Assembly (NCBI GenBank): GCA_027460535.1 | Contig: JAPZAR010000010.1 | Span: 120,001 to 152,000, forward strand | Reading direction: 5' to 3' | DNA from: Candidatus Methanoperedens sp. | GTDB lineage: Archaea > Halobacteriota > Methanosarcinia > Methanosarcinales > Methanoperedenaceae | Length of the DNA stretch: 32,000 nucleotides | In this document: piece after piece, positions 9,373 to 17,962 of the stretch | Layout: each line of letters opens with the position of its first letter | Numbering within the stretch: position 1 is the stretch's first letter | Program-made: the position numbers and the translations under genes | Notes under the pieces: model-generated | What the model saw: only the letters and a program-made list of their open reading frames with translations | Told to the model about the DNA's origin: nothing | The model's database searches: none

Positions 9373-9590
9373 TTAATTAATTTCTCCAAAACAATTGTTC
9401 CAAACTCTCAATATTAAAGATGTTTTTTAATACCTGATTGTATTAAACTGTTGCTATTTGGTCTTAATAGAAATCTAATTGATATATCATTCTGCTCACA
9501 TCATTCCCCTGACGATTTATCATAATTTGAAAATAGCATAACATATAAGCACATCAAAATACATAATTATACTTAAGGGAGGAAATTAGC

Positions 9591-10145
9591 ATGGAAACCA
9601 GGATGCCGGTAAAAGAGATAATGACAAGAGACGTTGCTACGATAGAGATAAAAAGCGACGTACCAGTTTTGGCCGCAAAATTGCTTGAGCTTGACGTCGG
9701 CAGTCTTATCGTGACAGACAAAAATCGTCCTGTGGGAATAGTCACGGAGCGTGATATTGTAAGGAAGATCGTGTCCAGGAACATCAAACCAGGGGAAATT
9801 TCCATAAAGGAACTGATGACAACCCCGCTCATAACCATACCTGCTACTGAAGACGTCACAGAAGCCATGCGCAAGATGATGAAAATGCAGATCCGGCGGT
9901 TACCGGTGGTCGAAGGTGGAAAACTGGTGGGTATCGTGACGGACATAGATCTGATCGCGGTCTCAGCCGAAATGGGGGATATATTTTCAGACCTAATAAA
10001 GATGCACCGGGAAAAGATGTTTACAATGGAAACTCCTCAGACGGCTATTAAAGGCATCTGCGAGGAGTGCGGATACATTTTTGATAACCTGATGCTAGTG
10101 GATGGGAAAGTTCTCTGTGAAAGTTGCAGAGAAACTTTGGTTTAA
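9591..10145 (+). CDS. CBS-pair protein with C-terminal CxxC...CxxC zinc ribbon
   Basis: Two CBS motifs (VKEIMTRDVATI...GIVTERDIVRKI; IKELMTTPLITI...GIVTDIDLI) followed by CEECGYIFDNLMLVDGKVLCESC. GGGAGG RBS upstream. Confidence 0.9.
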   Translation: METRMPVKEIMTRDVATIEIKSDVPVLAAKLLELDVGSLIVTDKNRPVGIVTERDIVRKIVSRNIKPGEISIKELMTTPLITIPATEDVTEAMRKMMKMQIRRLPVVEGGKLVGIVTDIDLIAVSAEMGDIFSDLIKMHREKMFTMETPQTAIKGICEECGYIFDNLMLVDGKVLCESCRETLV

Positions 10146-10181
10146 ATAACATATATATACACGGTAAAAGGAGTAAGTTCT

Positions 10182-10970
10182 ATGAAAGTGGAAGAGGTAA
10201 TGACAAGGAACCCTGTTTTTCTGCGCGACTCCGATTTCATGACCCACGCCCGCCAGGTGATGAGGGACCAGCATAAACGGACAATACCTGTCGTGGACAG
10301 CAAGAATAGGGTGATCGGGATACTGACGGAAAAGGATCTCCTGAATATATATTCTACAAGATCCAACGTTACGGTGGAAGGTTTTGCATCTGAATTCCCT
10401 GATGTTTACCCTGGGATGGAAATGATGCAAGCTGCAAAACTCATGATAGACGCAGGATTGGGACGTGTTCCTGTGTTAAAATCAGGGCAGGAGAAGACCA
10501 TAGCAGGAATATTGAGTATTGTGGATATATTCAGGAACTTGAAACTGGATAAAATTCCGGCTAACAAGACCACAGAAAAAACGGTCATGGATATAATGGT
10601 CAAGGATGTGAAGACATGTTCTCCCAAAGACAGTATAGCTAAAGTATGGTTGAACATGAAAACATCGGGTTTCTCAGGATATCCGGTGGTAAGAGATGGT
10701 CAGGTGGTGGGAATGATAACAAGACGCAATATTATCAATGCAGGTTACGCAAGGATAGAGAGAGAAGATGACCACGGGACGAAATCAACCATGTCCCCGC
10801 CGGTTGAAAAAATCATGAGCACACCAGTGTATTCATTATCGCCAGAGACCACTTTAAAGGAAGCTATACAGGCATTCCTGAAGCTTGATGTTGGAAGGCT
10901 TTCAGTGGTGGATAATGGGAAACTGACCGGTATAATTGACAGAAGCGACATAATCAGAGCATTTATTTAA
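10182..10970 (+). CDS. Four-CBS (two Bateman modules) stand-alone protein
   Basis: Four CBS motifs identified by hand. AGGAG RBS upstream. Confidence 0.9.
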   Translation: MKVEEVMTRNPVFLRDSDFMTHARQVMRDQHKRTIPVVDSKNRVIGILTEKDLLNIYSTRSNVTVEGFASEFPDVYPGMEMMQAAKLMIDAGLGRVPVLKSGQEKTIAGILSIVDIFRNLKLDKIPANKTTEKTVMDIMVKDVKTCSPKDSIAKVWLNMKTSGFSGYPVVRDGQVVGMITRRNIINAGYARIEREDDHGTKSTMSPPVEKIMSTPVYSLSPETTLKEAIQAFLKLDVGRLSVVDNGKLTGIIDRSDIIRAFI

Positions 10971-10979
10971 TGGTGTTAT

Positions 10980-11912
10980 ATGAAAAATCAAAAGAGCACT
11001 GTAGCAAGAAAAGAGGTTCGAGATGGATATAACAAGAATATGAAACCTCTTGATTTCAAGTCCAGAATTTCCGAACATCCCGGAGATGTGATGTCCATCG
11101 CATCAAAGGACGTGGTGACCATTCCTCCAACAATGCCGATAATAGATGCGGTCAAATCCATGTCCGTTAACGGGTTCAGGAGGCTTCCAGTAGCGGATGC
11201 TGGTACGAATCGTCTCAAAGGGATCGTGACCTCCCAGGACATTGTGGATTTTCTTGGGGGTGGCCTGAGACACCTGATAGTAAAGAACAGGTTCAAAGGG
11301 AATCTCCTCGCAGCCATTAACGTAAGTATAAGTGAGATCATGGAAGAGAACGTTGTATGTCTGAATGAAAAGGATTCACTCAAGGATGCTTTCAATACCA
11401 TGTTGAAGAAGAATGTCGGCGGGATACCTATCACGGATGACGATAGCGTAGTGAAAGGCATAATCACAGAAAGGGATTTTGTCTTTCTGGCCTCCGATAT
11501 TATCACAGGAAAGTCGGTTGGAGAATATATGAGCAAGAATATCATCACAGCTCCACCCGACATGACCATTGCAACAGCAACAAAATCTATGATCAACAAT
11601 GGTTTCAGGAGGCTTCCTATTATTCGGGATAACGTCCTTATCGGCATAATAACCGCCTCCGATATTCTGCGTTTCCTTGGTAGCGGCGAGATTTTTGAGC
11701 GTCTCGTCACCGGGAACGCTGGAGAAGTCTTCGAAGTTCCTATCCGTACCCTAATAAGGAGAGATGTCATTTTCACACGATCGGATGTGGATATAGGGGA
11801 AGCTGCGAGCATGATGCTCGGGAAAAATGTTGGCTCGCTTCCAGTTCTTGAGGGAGGCGAATTGAAAGGGATCATAACAGAACGCGATATTGTCAGGGCA
11901 ATAGCGCAATAG
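10980..11912 (+). CDS. Four-CBS stand-alone protein (MJ1225-like layout)
   Basis: Four CBS motifs, two of them with the GFRRLPV/GFRRLPI signature. 9-nt gap to the previous gene. Confidence 0.9.
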   Translation: MKNQKSTVARKEVRDGYNKNMKPLDFKSRISEHPGDVMSIASKDVVTIPPTMPIIDAVKSMSVNGFRRLPVADAGTNRLKGIVTSQDIVDFLGGGLRHLIVKNRFKGNLLAAINVSISEIMEENVVCLNEKDSLKDAFNTMLKKNVGGIPITDDDSVVKGIITERDFVFLASDIITGKSVGEYMSKNIITAPPDMTIATATKSMINNGFRRLPIIRDNVLIGIITASDILRFLGSGEIFERLVTGNAGEVFEVPIRTLIRRDVIFTRSDVDIGEAASMMLGKNVGSLPVLEGGELKGIITERDIVRAIAQ

Positions 11913-11922
11913 AGGCACATTT

Positions 11923-12771
11923 ATGAAAATCAAAGAAATAATGAGTTCACCGGTATACGTGGTATCGCCTGAAGAGAATGTAGCCAGGGCAAGGAACCTG
12001 ATGCTTCGCCATAAGATCGGAAAACTGGTGATCGTCGAGGATAACAAGCCCATCGGGATCGTGACCAAGAAAGATATCAGTCGAAGGCTTGATCAGGCAG
12101 AACCGCAATGGCGCCGAAGACCCATAGACCACATTCCCATTCGAAAGGTCATGACAGAAAGCCTTATCACGATTTTTCCAGACGCCACGCCAAAGCAACT
12201 CGCTGAACTGATGATCGAGAATAATATCAGCGGATTGCCTGTGGTAAATGTCAGGAACGAAGTGATCGGGATCGTTACAAAATGGGATTTGATACGATAT
12301 TTTTCAGAACTGGAATTGGATTTAACGGTACAGGATTTGAAAATAGAACCTGCGATCACTGTTCACAGGCACCATACCATCAGCCATATACTTTACGAAC
12401 TTGATACAAATTCGACCGACAGGGCAGTAGTTCTTGAAGATAATGATAAGCCAGTGGGGATCATTACGAGTTCGAACCTGACGTTCACGGAAATGAAGGG
12501 AAAAACCGGCGACCTTCCCCATAAAGAAATAAAAATGACTCGCAAGGAAAGCTCCGCAGGAAGGAAACAGTACAGGTATGTTAAAGACATGCCTCTTGTC
12601 GCGGAAGACATAATGTCCTGCCCTCTACTGACCGTCAATATGGATGATCCGGCAACGCAGGCTGCGGGCATTATGGTAAAAGAAAGAATAAACGGTCTGC
12701 CTGTGCTAAATAACGGATTCATGGGGATACTGACCGGGGATAATATAATAAAGACAATAATGACGCTTTAA
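11923..12771 (+). CDS. Four-CBS stand-alone protein
   Basis: Four CBS motifs. 10-nt gap with GAGG RBS. Confidence 0.9.
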   Translation: MKIKEIMSSPVYVVSPEENVARARNLMLRHKIGKLVIVEDNKPIGIVTKKDISRRLDQAEPQWRRRPIDHIPIRKVMTESLITIFPDATPKQLAELMIENNISGLPVVNVRNEVIGIVTKWDLIRYFSELELDLTVQDLKIEPAITVHRHHTISHILYELDTNSTDRAVVLEDNDKPVGIITSSNLTFTEMKGKTGDLPHKEIKMTRKESSAGRKQYRYVKDMPLVAEDIMSCPLLTVNMDDPATQAAGIMVKERINGLPVLNNGFMGILTGDNIIKTIMTL

Positions 12772-12780
12772 GGTGAGAAC

Positions 12781-13566
12781 ATGAAAGTAAAAGACATAAT
12801 GACAGACCCTATTATTGTGCATAAAGCCGACACAATTTCGCATGCCATGGATTTGATGGAAAAACACGATACACGAAGGCTTCTTGTTGTCAATGGAAGC
12901 GATATCCTGGGTGTGATAACTATGCGAAGCATAGCCCGGAAGCTTGGAACATGGAAGAAGTCAAATCTTCCTGCCTCGTCCCTGCATGTCGCAACCGCTA
13001 CTACTGATCTATTCTCAAAGGTACTTCCCGATACCAGCATAGAGGATGCGATAGCATTGATGGACAGGAAAGGTGGGATTCTCATTGTTACAGACAATGG
13101 AAAGATCCAGGGGTGGGTAACGCCTCATGAGATCCTGAAAAATGCAAAAGCCGCCATAAAGGGTTATGCGGCCGAGATAATGAAGGACCCGATATCTGTA
13201 AGTCCGGCCGAAAGGGTAGCGCATGCACGGCGCCTGATGCTGGACAATGACATAGGAAGGGTTCCCGTTATTAAAAATAACGATGTTGTGGGAATTGTTA
13301 CGGAAAGGGATCTGGCAAGAGGAATGATGAGTTTCAGATCGCTTGTACCTGATAACCAGCAGGATGAGAGGATCCGGAACCTTATAGTGTCAGACATCAT
13401 GACACAGAATGTGAAATCAGTCCGTACAAATACGCCCATATCGGAGGTTATCACGTTGATCCTGAATGATAACATAGGTGGTGTCCCAGTTCTTAACCTG
13501 AAGGACGAGATGGTGGGCATCATAAGCAGGAGGGCGATTATCAGACATCTGGCGGTAAAAGGATGA
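12781..13566 (+). CDS. Four-CBS stand-alone protein
   Basis: Four CBS motifs. 9-nt gap with GGTGA RBS. Confidence 0.9.
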   Translation: MKVKDIMTDPIIVHKADTISHAMDLMEKHDTRRLLVVNGSDILGVITMRSIARKLGTWKKSNLPASSLHVATATTDLFSKVLPDTSIEDAIALMDRKGGILIVTDNGKIQGWVTPHEILKNAKAAIKGYAAEIMKDPISVSPAERVAHARRLMLDNDIGRVPVIKNNDVVGIVTERDLARGMMSFRSLVPDNQQDERIRNLIVSDIMTQNVKSVRTNTPISEVITLILNDNIGGVPVLNLKDEMVGIISRRAIIRHLAVKG

Positions 13567-14732
13567 GACGGGATGTCTCTTCAGAACTGATCAATAAACT
13601 GGATATCGCAAAAATCTCGAAGCTGACGGGTATACCCGAATACAGGATCACTGGCGCAATACAGAGAAAGACGTTACAGTATATTAAATCAAAGCTTGAG
13701 CTTTTCAGGTTCGATAAGCCTATCTCAACAGTCGAAGGTGGCACTTCCATATTCCTTGAGCCCTTTGATATAATCCGGGGTTTTCCTAAAATATCCCGCA
13801 CACTGATGCTGTATCCGGGTATTGCCAGGCATTTCTCTTCCTGCAAGAAGGTATTTGTGGAAGAGAAGATGAACGGCTACAATGTTCGCGTTGCCACGAT
13901 TGGGGATCATATTGTCGGGCTGACGCGAGGAGGTTTTGTATGTCCTTATACGACCGAGAAGGCACGGGAATTACTAAATCGGGAATTTTTTCTGGATAAT
14001 CCCGGTCTCGTGCTATGCGGAGAGATGGTAGGTCCGGACAGTCCATATGTTCCAAAATCATTCTACGATATAGAGTCACTCGAGTTTTTCGCATTCGATA
14101 TACGTGATAAGATATCGGGGAATCCCATGCCTGTATTGAAGCGCCGCAAGCTCCTGGAGGAATACGGTGTCCAATCTGTCAGGCTTTTCGGGGAATACGA
14201 TGTGGAAAATGCACATATCGATATAGCGAAGATCATTAAGGAATTTGGGAACTCGCTGCATGAAGGGGTTGTCATAAAAGACCCGGAAATGGCTCTGCCC
14301 GCTGTAAAATATACGAGTTCGCTCAGCAACTGTGCTGACCTGAAGTATGCTTTTGAATTTTACAACGACTATGGGAGGGACTTTTTCTTTGCAAGGGTAT
14401 GCAGGGAAGCCTTCCAGTCCCTGGAATGGGATGAGGATGAACAAAGAAGACAGGAACGGTGCCTGAGGCTTGGTGAAAGCATACTTTTACCCATGATCAA
14501 GACCATCAAAAATAAGAAAGAAGGCGAGAGGATTTATGAGACTGTCCAGATAAGAGTTAAAAACCTGGATATTGCTAGGGAATTTGAGGATCATCTGAGG
14601 CTGCTTGGGGTGGATGCTGTTTTTGAAAAGCCTGAAAAGATCGGCGATGAATATCTTATCAAGATAAGGAAGATGTATCCAAGCACCAATGATAAAACTG
14701 AATCAATTCTGAGCGGGCAGCTGTGGAGTTGA
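13563..14732 (+). CDS. ATP-dependent RNA ligase, archaeal Pab1020/MthRnl (Rnl3) family
   Basis: Nucleotidyltransferase motifs are present: motif I VEEKMNGYNVRV (KxNG), GEMVG, and motif V HEGVVIKDPE. 389 aa, similar in size to Pab1020. The ATG overlaps the stop of the last CBS gene (ATGA at 13563-13566). Confidence 0.85.
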   Translation: MRRDVSSELINKLDIAKISKLTGIPEYRITGAIQRKTLQYIKSKLELFRFDKPISTVEGGTSIFLEPFDIIRGFPKISRTLMLYPGIARHFSSCKKVFVEEKMNGYNVRVATIGDHIVGLTRGGFVCPYTTEKARELLNREFFLDNPGLVLCGEMVGPDSPYVPKSFYDIESLEFFAFDIRDKISGNPMPVLKRRKLLEEYGVQSVRLFGEYDVENAHIDIAKIIKEFGNSLHEGVVIKDPEMALPAVKYTSSLSNCADLKYAFEFYNDYGRDFFFARVCREAFQSLEWDEDEQRRQERCLRLGESILLPMIKTIKNKKEGERIYETVQIRVKNLDIAREFEDHLRLLGVDAVFEKPEKIGDEYLIKIRKMYPSTNDKTESILSGQLWS

Positions 14733-14758
14733 GGCTGCTAAAAACTGTCCGGACGCAC

Positions 14759-14770
14759 CAATATTTATAT
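14759..14770 (+). promoter_or_regulatory. TATA-like box (aatatttatatc) about 30 nt upstream of ATG 14796
   Basis: It sits in the 63-nt gap after the RNA ligase, which suggests the desulfurase has its own promoter. Confidence 0.3.
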
Positions 14771-14795
14771 CACTCCTCAATCACTCTGTTATCTC

Positions 14796-16028
14796 ATGGA
14801 CATCCAGAAAATCCGCCGCGATTTCCCGGCGCTTTCGAAAAAATGGAACGGGAAGTATCCCATTTATTTTGATAATGCCTGCATGACCATGAAGCCAGGG
14901 CAGGTCATGGATGCCATGAACGAATATTATAATGAGTATCCTGTTTGCGGTGGGCGCTCCCTTCACAGGATGGCAAAGAGAGTGGATGAGAAGGTTACCT
15001 GGGCGCGTGACAAGTTCCAGAAATTCCTTGGAGCAGAGCGCCCTGAAGAGATCATATTCACGAGAAACACCACTGAAGGCTTGAATCTTGTCGCAAATTG
15101 CCTCGATTTCAAAGAAGGTGATATTGTCATCACGACCGACAGGGAACACAATTCAAACCTCATTCCCTGGCAGGTCCAGACCCACAGGAAGGGAATAAGG
15201 CACATTGTGGTATACTCAAATCCGGATAATACCTTTGATCTTCGCGGGTTCGAAGAAACAATGAATAAAACCAGGAATGTCCGGCTGGTCAGCATGGTAC
15301 ATACTTCGAACCTGGACGGCTATACAATCCCGGCCAAGGAGATAATAAAGATCGCCCACGACCACGGGGCCATTGTGATGCTGGACGGCGCCCAGAGCGC
15401 ACCCCATAAACCGGTGGATGTCAGAGGGCTTGATGTTGATTTTTTTGCGCTTTCGGTACATAAAATGCTGGGGCCTTCTGGTATGGGCGTGCTGTACGGG
15501 AAATATGATTTGCTTGAAGAGATAGCGCCTTTCATTGTGGGTGGTGACACGGTGAGCGATACAACCTACGAAGGCGCTAAATTCTTGCCTCCTCCCGAAA
15601 AATTCGAAGCGGGACTTCAGAATTACGCAGGCATAATAGGCTCGGGAGCGGCTGTGGATTATCTTGCGAATGTCGGGCTTTCAAATATTGTAAAGCATGA
15701 GGAGGTATTGAACAGGATCATTACCGATGGGATAAAGGACATAGATGGATTGAAAATCATAGGCCCGCAGGACCCTCGACAGAGAAGCGGCATCATTTCG
15801 TTCACAGTGGAGTTCCCGAAAGGTGGGGATGCCCATGACATTGCAATAGTACTGGATGAGACGGAGAACATGGCTGTGAGGTCTGGAGCATTCTGCGTGC
15901 ATTCGTGGTTCAATTACAGGAAATGTGAGGCTGCGGTGCGAGCTTCGCTTTATTTGTATAATACGGAAGATGAGGCAAAAAAATTTGTCGACGCCCTTCG
16001 AAAGATAATAAGCTTATTCAATCCCTGA
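14796..16028 (+). CDS. Cysteine desulfurase (class V aminotransferase, SufS/CsdA-like)
   Basis: 410 aa with YFDNACMTMKP, the PLP lysine in SVHKMLGPSGMGVLYG, and a candidate catalytic Cys in VRSGAFCVHSW. Confidence 0.9.
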   Translation: MDIQKIRRDFPALSKKWNGKYPIYFDNACMTMKPGQVMDAMNEYYNEYPVCGGRSLHRMAKRVDEKVTWARDKFQKFLGAERPEEIIFTRNTTEGLNLVANCLDFKEGDIVITTDREHNSNLIPWQVQTHRKGIRHIVVYSNPDNTFDLRGFEETMNKTRNVRLVSMVHTSNLDGYTIPAKEIIKIAHDHGAIVMLDGAQSAPHKPVDVRGLDVDFFALSVHKMLGPSGMGVLYGKYDLLEEIAPFIVGGDTVSDTTYEGAKFLPPPEKFEAGLQNYAGIIGSGAAVDYLANVGLSNIVKHEEVLNRIITDGIKDIDGLKIIGPQDPRQRSGIISFTVEFPKGGDAHDIAIVLDETENMAVRSGAFCVHSWFNYRKCEAAVRASLYLYNTEDEAKKFVDALRKIISLFNP

Positions 16029-16100
16029 GATGGGTCGTATATCGGTGATGAAGGAAATAAAACAAAAAATCTATATACCATGAATTTATTTAAGGTTTCA

Positions 16101-16176
16101 GCCTTTGCAGCAAAAAAGATACCACCACTCCTCAACCCACCTTCTTTTTTCTTCCTGCAAGGGCTCACTTTTTTTT
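16101..16176 (+). terminator. Long-loop hairpin followed by T8, downstream of the cysteine desulfurase
   Basis: GCCTTTGCAG (16101-16110) pairs with CTGCAAGGGC (16155-16164) for 10 bp including one G-U in RNA. The loop is 44 nt and C-rich and contains a T6. A T8 run follows at 16169-16176. Confidence 0.35.
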
Positions 16177-16361
16177 ATGTGTTTAAATGGTTTTACCCAA
16201 ACTTCACCCAAAGCTTATTCAATGTCGACGGAAGGGCAATTTCCAATTCATTAAATTTTCGTATTAGATTTTACAGAAAGATCATAAATGCCATTTCAAA
16301 TCCATATGTTGTTGATTTGAAGCGAATTACTTATTTTAGCAGCAGCGAATAAAACCTACAA

Positions 16362-17210
16362 ATGGAACAAGAAAACGTCGGAGAAGCATTTGCGCCCTCC
16401 CATATTTCAGGCATTTTCGTTATCGACATTAAAAAAGATGCCGGGCATTCAGGTTCTACAGGCTGCGGTATCTGCCTTGAGGCCGGGGCAATAACGAAAG
16501 TATGCGCTTCGGAAAAAATGACATTGAGGATCAATGATGTTGTGAGCGAAGCACCCACCACATTTTCCGCGATCAGGCTCCTTACCTCGCAGCCTGTGCT
16601 TGTAGAAACCCGTCTAAATGTACCCATAGGCTGCGGCTTCGGGGCAAGCGGTTCAGGGGCATTGAGCACGGCACTGGCGTTAAATGAAGCATTGTCAATG
16701 AACCTGGCACTGAATGAGTTAGCCCGTGCAGCCCATATAGCCGAGGTCATGAACAGGACAGGTCTTGGTGACGTTACCGGGCAGACTTTCGGTGGAATCG
16801 TCATCAGGAAAAAGGCAGGGGCACCATCCAGCGCTAATATCGACAGGATCCCCTGCAAAGACATACCGATTTCCTGGGTGAGCTTTGGAGAGATCCCCAC
16901 CAAATCCATTCTATCCGATAAACTGAAAAAGAAGGCCATCAATAAAGCCGGGAAATCCAGGCTTAAGGAACTCTTGAAAAGACCCACGCTTGAGAATTTT
17001 TTCCAGCAGTCATGCGCCTTTGCAGAGGATATCGAACTCATGGGAGCTAAAGTGAAGGATGCCATAGAAGCCGTAAGAGCGGCAGGCGGGTTTGCAAGCC
17101 AGGCCATGCTTGGGAACATGGTTTTTGCCATCAACGACAAAGGCGCACTATCAGAATTCGGGGAAGTTCATGAAAGCAGGATAAGCCATGCGGGAGCGCA
17201 TCTTGTATGA
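16362..17210 (+). CDS. Pantoate kinase (archaeal CoA pathway, GHMP kinase superfamily)
   Basis: 282 aa with APSHISGIFVI and the GHMP motif PIGCGFGASGSGALS. It is coupled to the next gene by ATGA (17207-17210). Confidence 0.85.
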   Translation: MEQENVGEAFAPSHISGIFVIDIKKDAGHSGSTGCGICLEAGAITKVCASEKMTLRINDVVSEAPTTFSAIRLLTSQPVLVETRLNVPIGCGFGASGSGALSTALALNEALSMNLALNELARAAHIAEVMNRTGLGDVTGQTFGGIVIRKKAGAPSSANIDRIPCKDIPISWVSFGEIPTKSILSDKLKKKAINKAGKSRLKELLKRPTLENFFQQSCAFAEDIELMGAKVKDAIEAVRAAGGFASQAMLGNMVFAINDKGALSEFGEVHESRISHAGAHLV

Positions 17211-17962
17211 TCCCCAAAAGCCATCCAAGGTATGAATCCCTGATGACGCGGGAGTTGATAGTCGCGGGCGTTGAAAAAGGCATAACGAGCGTTCACGGGC
17301 TAATAGCGCAGGGGCGGGGGGAAGCTTTTGATTATCTCATCGGTGAAAGGACCGGAAGAAGTGCGCTGAAGGCTGAAAAAGCAGCAGCAGCAATGCTGCT
17401 TCTTGCAGAAAAACCCGTGATTTCAGTCAACGGGAATGTTGCTGCACTTGTTCCGGAAGACATCATAAAATTAAGCGGTTTCGTTAATGCTCCTCTTGAG
17501 GTGAATTTATTTCACCGCACTGAAGAAAGGGTGAATAAGATCATCGAACACCTGCGCTCCCTCGGGGCAAAAAGAATATGCACAAAAAGCGATGGTTTGA
17601 TACCAGGTCTTGAACATGAAAGGGCAAAGGTGGATCTCGATGGCATATTCAGTGCGGACGTCGTACTTGTACCCCTTGAGGACGGCGATAGATGCAAAGC
17701 CCTTGTGGATATGGGGAAATCAGTGATTGCCATAGACCTGAACCCGCTTTCAAGGACTGCACAGACGGCTCATATAACTATTGTGGATAACATAACCCGT
17801 GCGATACCGAACATATCAAAATTCGTGAAAGAGAACAGATCATCGGATAAAAATGAGCTGCATAAAATGGTCAATGAATTCGATAACAGGAAAAATCTGG
17901 CTCATTCAATAGATGAGATTATTGCTCATCTTCGTTCTCTTCAACAACCAAGTCTGAAATAA
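17207..17962 (+). CDS. Phosphopantothenate synthetase (4-phosphopantoate--beta-alanine ligase, archaeal CoA pathway)
   Basis: 251 aa. SHPRYESLMTRELIVAGVEKGITSVHGLIAQGRGEAFDYLIGE is typical of the COG1701/DUF137 family. Adjacency to pantoate kinase matches the known archaeal pair. Confidence 0.85.
   Translation: MIPKSHPRYESLMTRELIVAGVEKGITSVHGLIAQGRGEAFDYLIGERTGRSALKAEKAAAAMLLLAEKPVISVNGNVAALVPEDIIKLSGFVNAPLEVNLFHRTEERVNKIIEHLRSLGAKRICTKSDGLIPGLEHERAKVDLDGIFSADVVLVPLEDGDRCKALVDMGKSVIAIDLNPLSRTAQTAHITIVDNITRAIPNISKFVKENRSSDKNELHKMVNEFDNRKNLAHSIDEIIAHLRSLQQPSLK

Noticed and set aside
10988-11920. 310-aa minus-strand ORF exactly mirroring the 310-aa CBS gene 10980..11912
   Set aside because: Its sequence is low-complexity and Ser/Pro/Ile-rich with no motifs. 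The plus-strand frame has four clear CBS motifs and an RBS. This is a typical shadow ORF produced by codon bias. The same reasoning applies to 13..693 (antisense to smc), 2420..3148 and 1981..2865 (aspS), 16331..17140 (pantoate kinase), 19173..19895 (thermosome), 22746..23282 (exporter) and 12393..12722.
16045-16051. GTGATGA, a C-box-like motif that could mark a C/D box sRNA
   Set aside because: No CTGA D box, C'/D' pair or terminal stem is present within the following ~70 nt on that strand.
16080-16352. 90-aa plus-strand ORF in the desulfurase/pantoate-kinase spacer
   Set aside because: It is Phe/Asn/Ser-rich and AT-driven, runs through the hairpin and T-runs, and has no start context.
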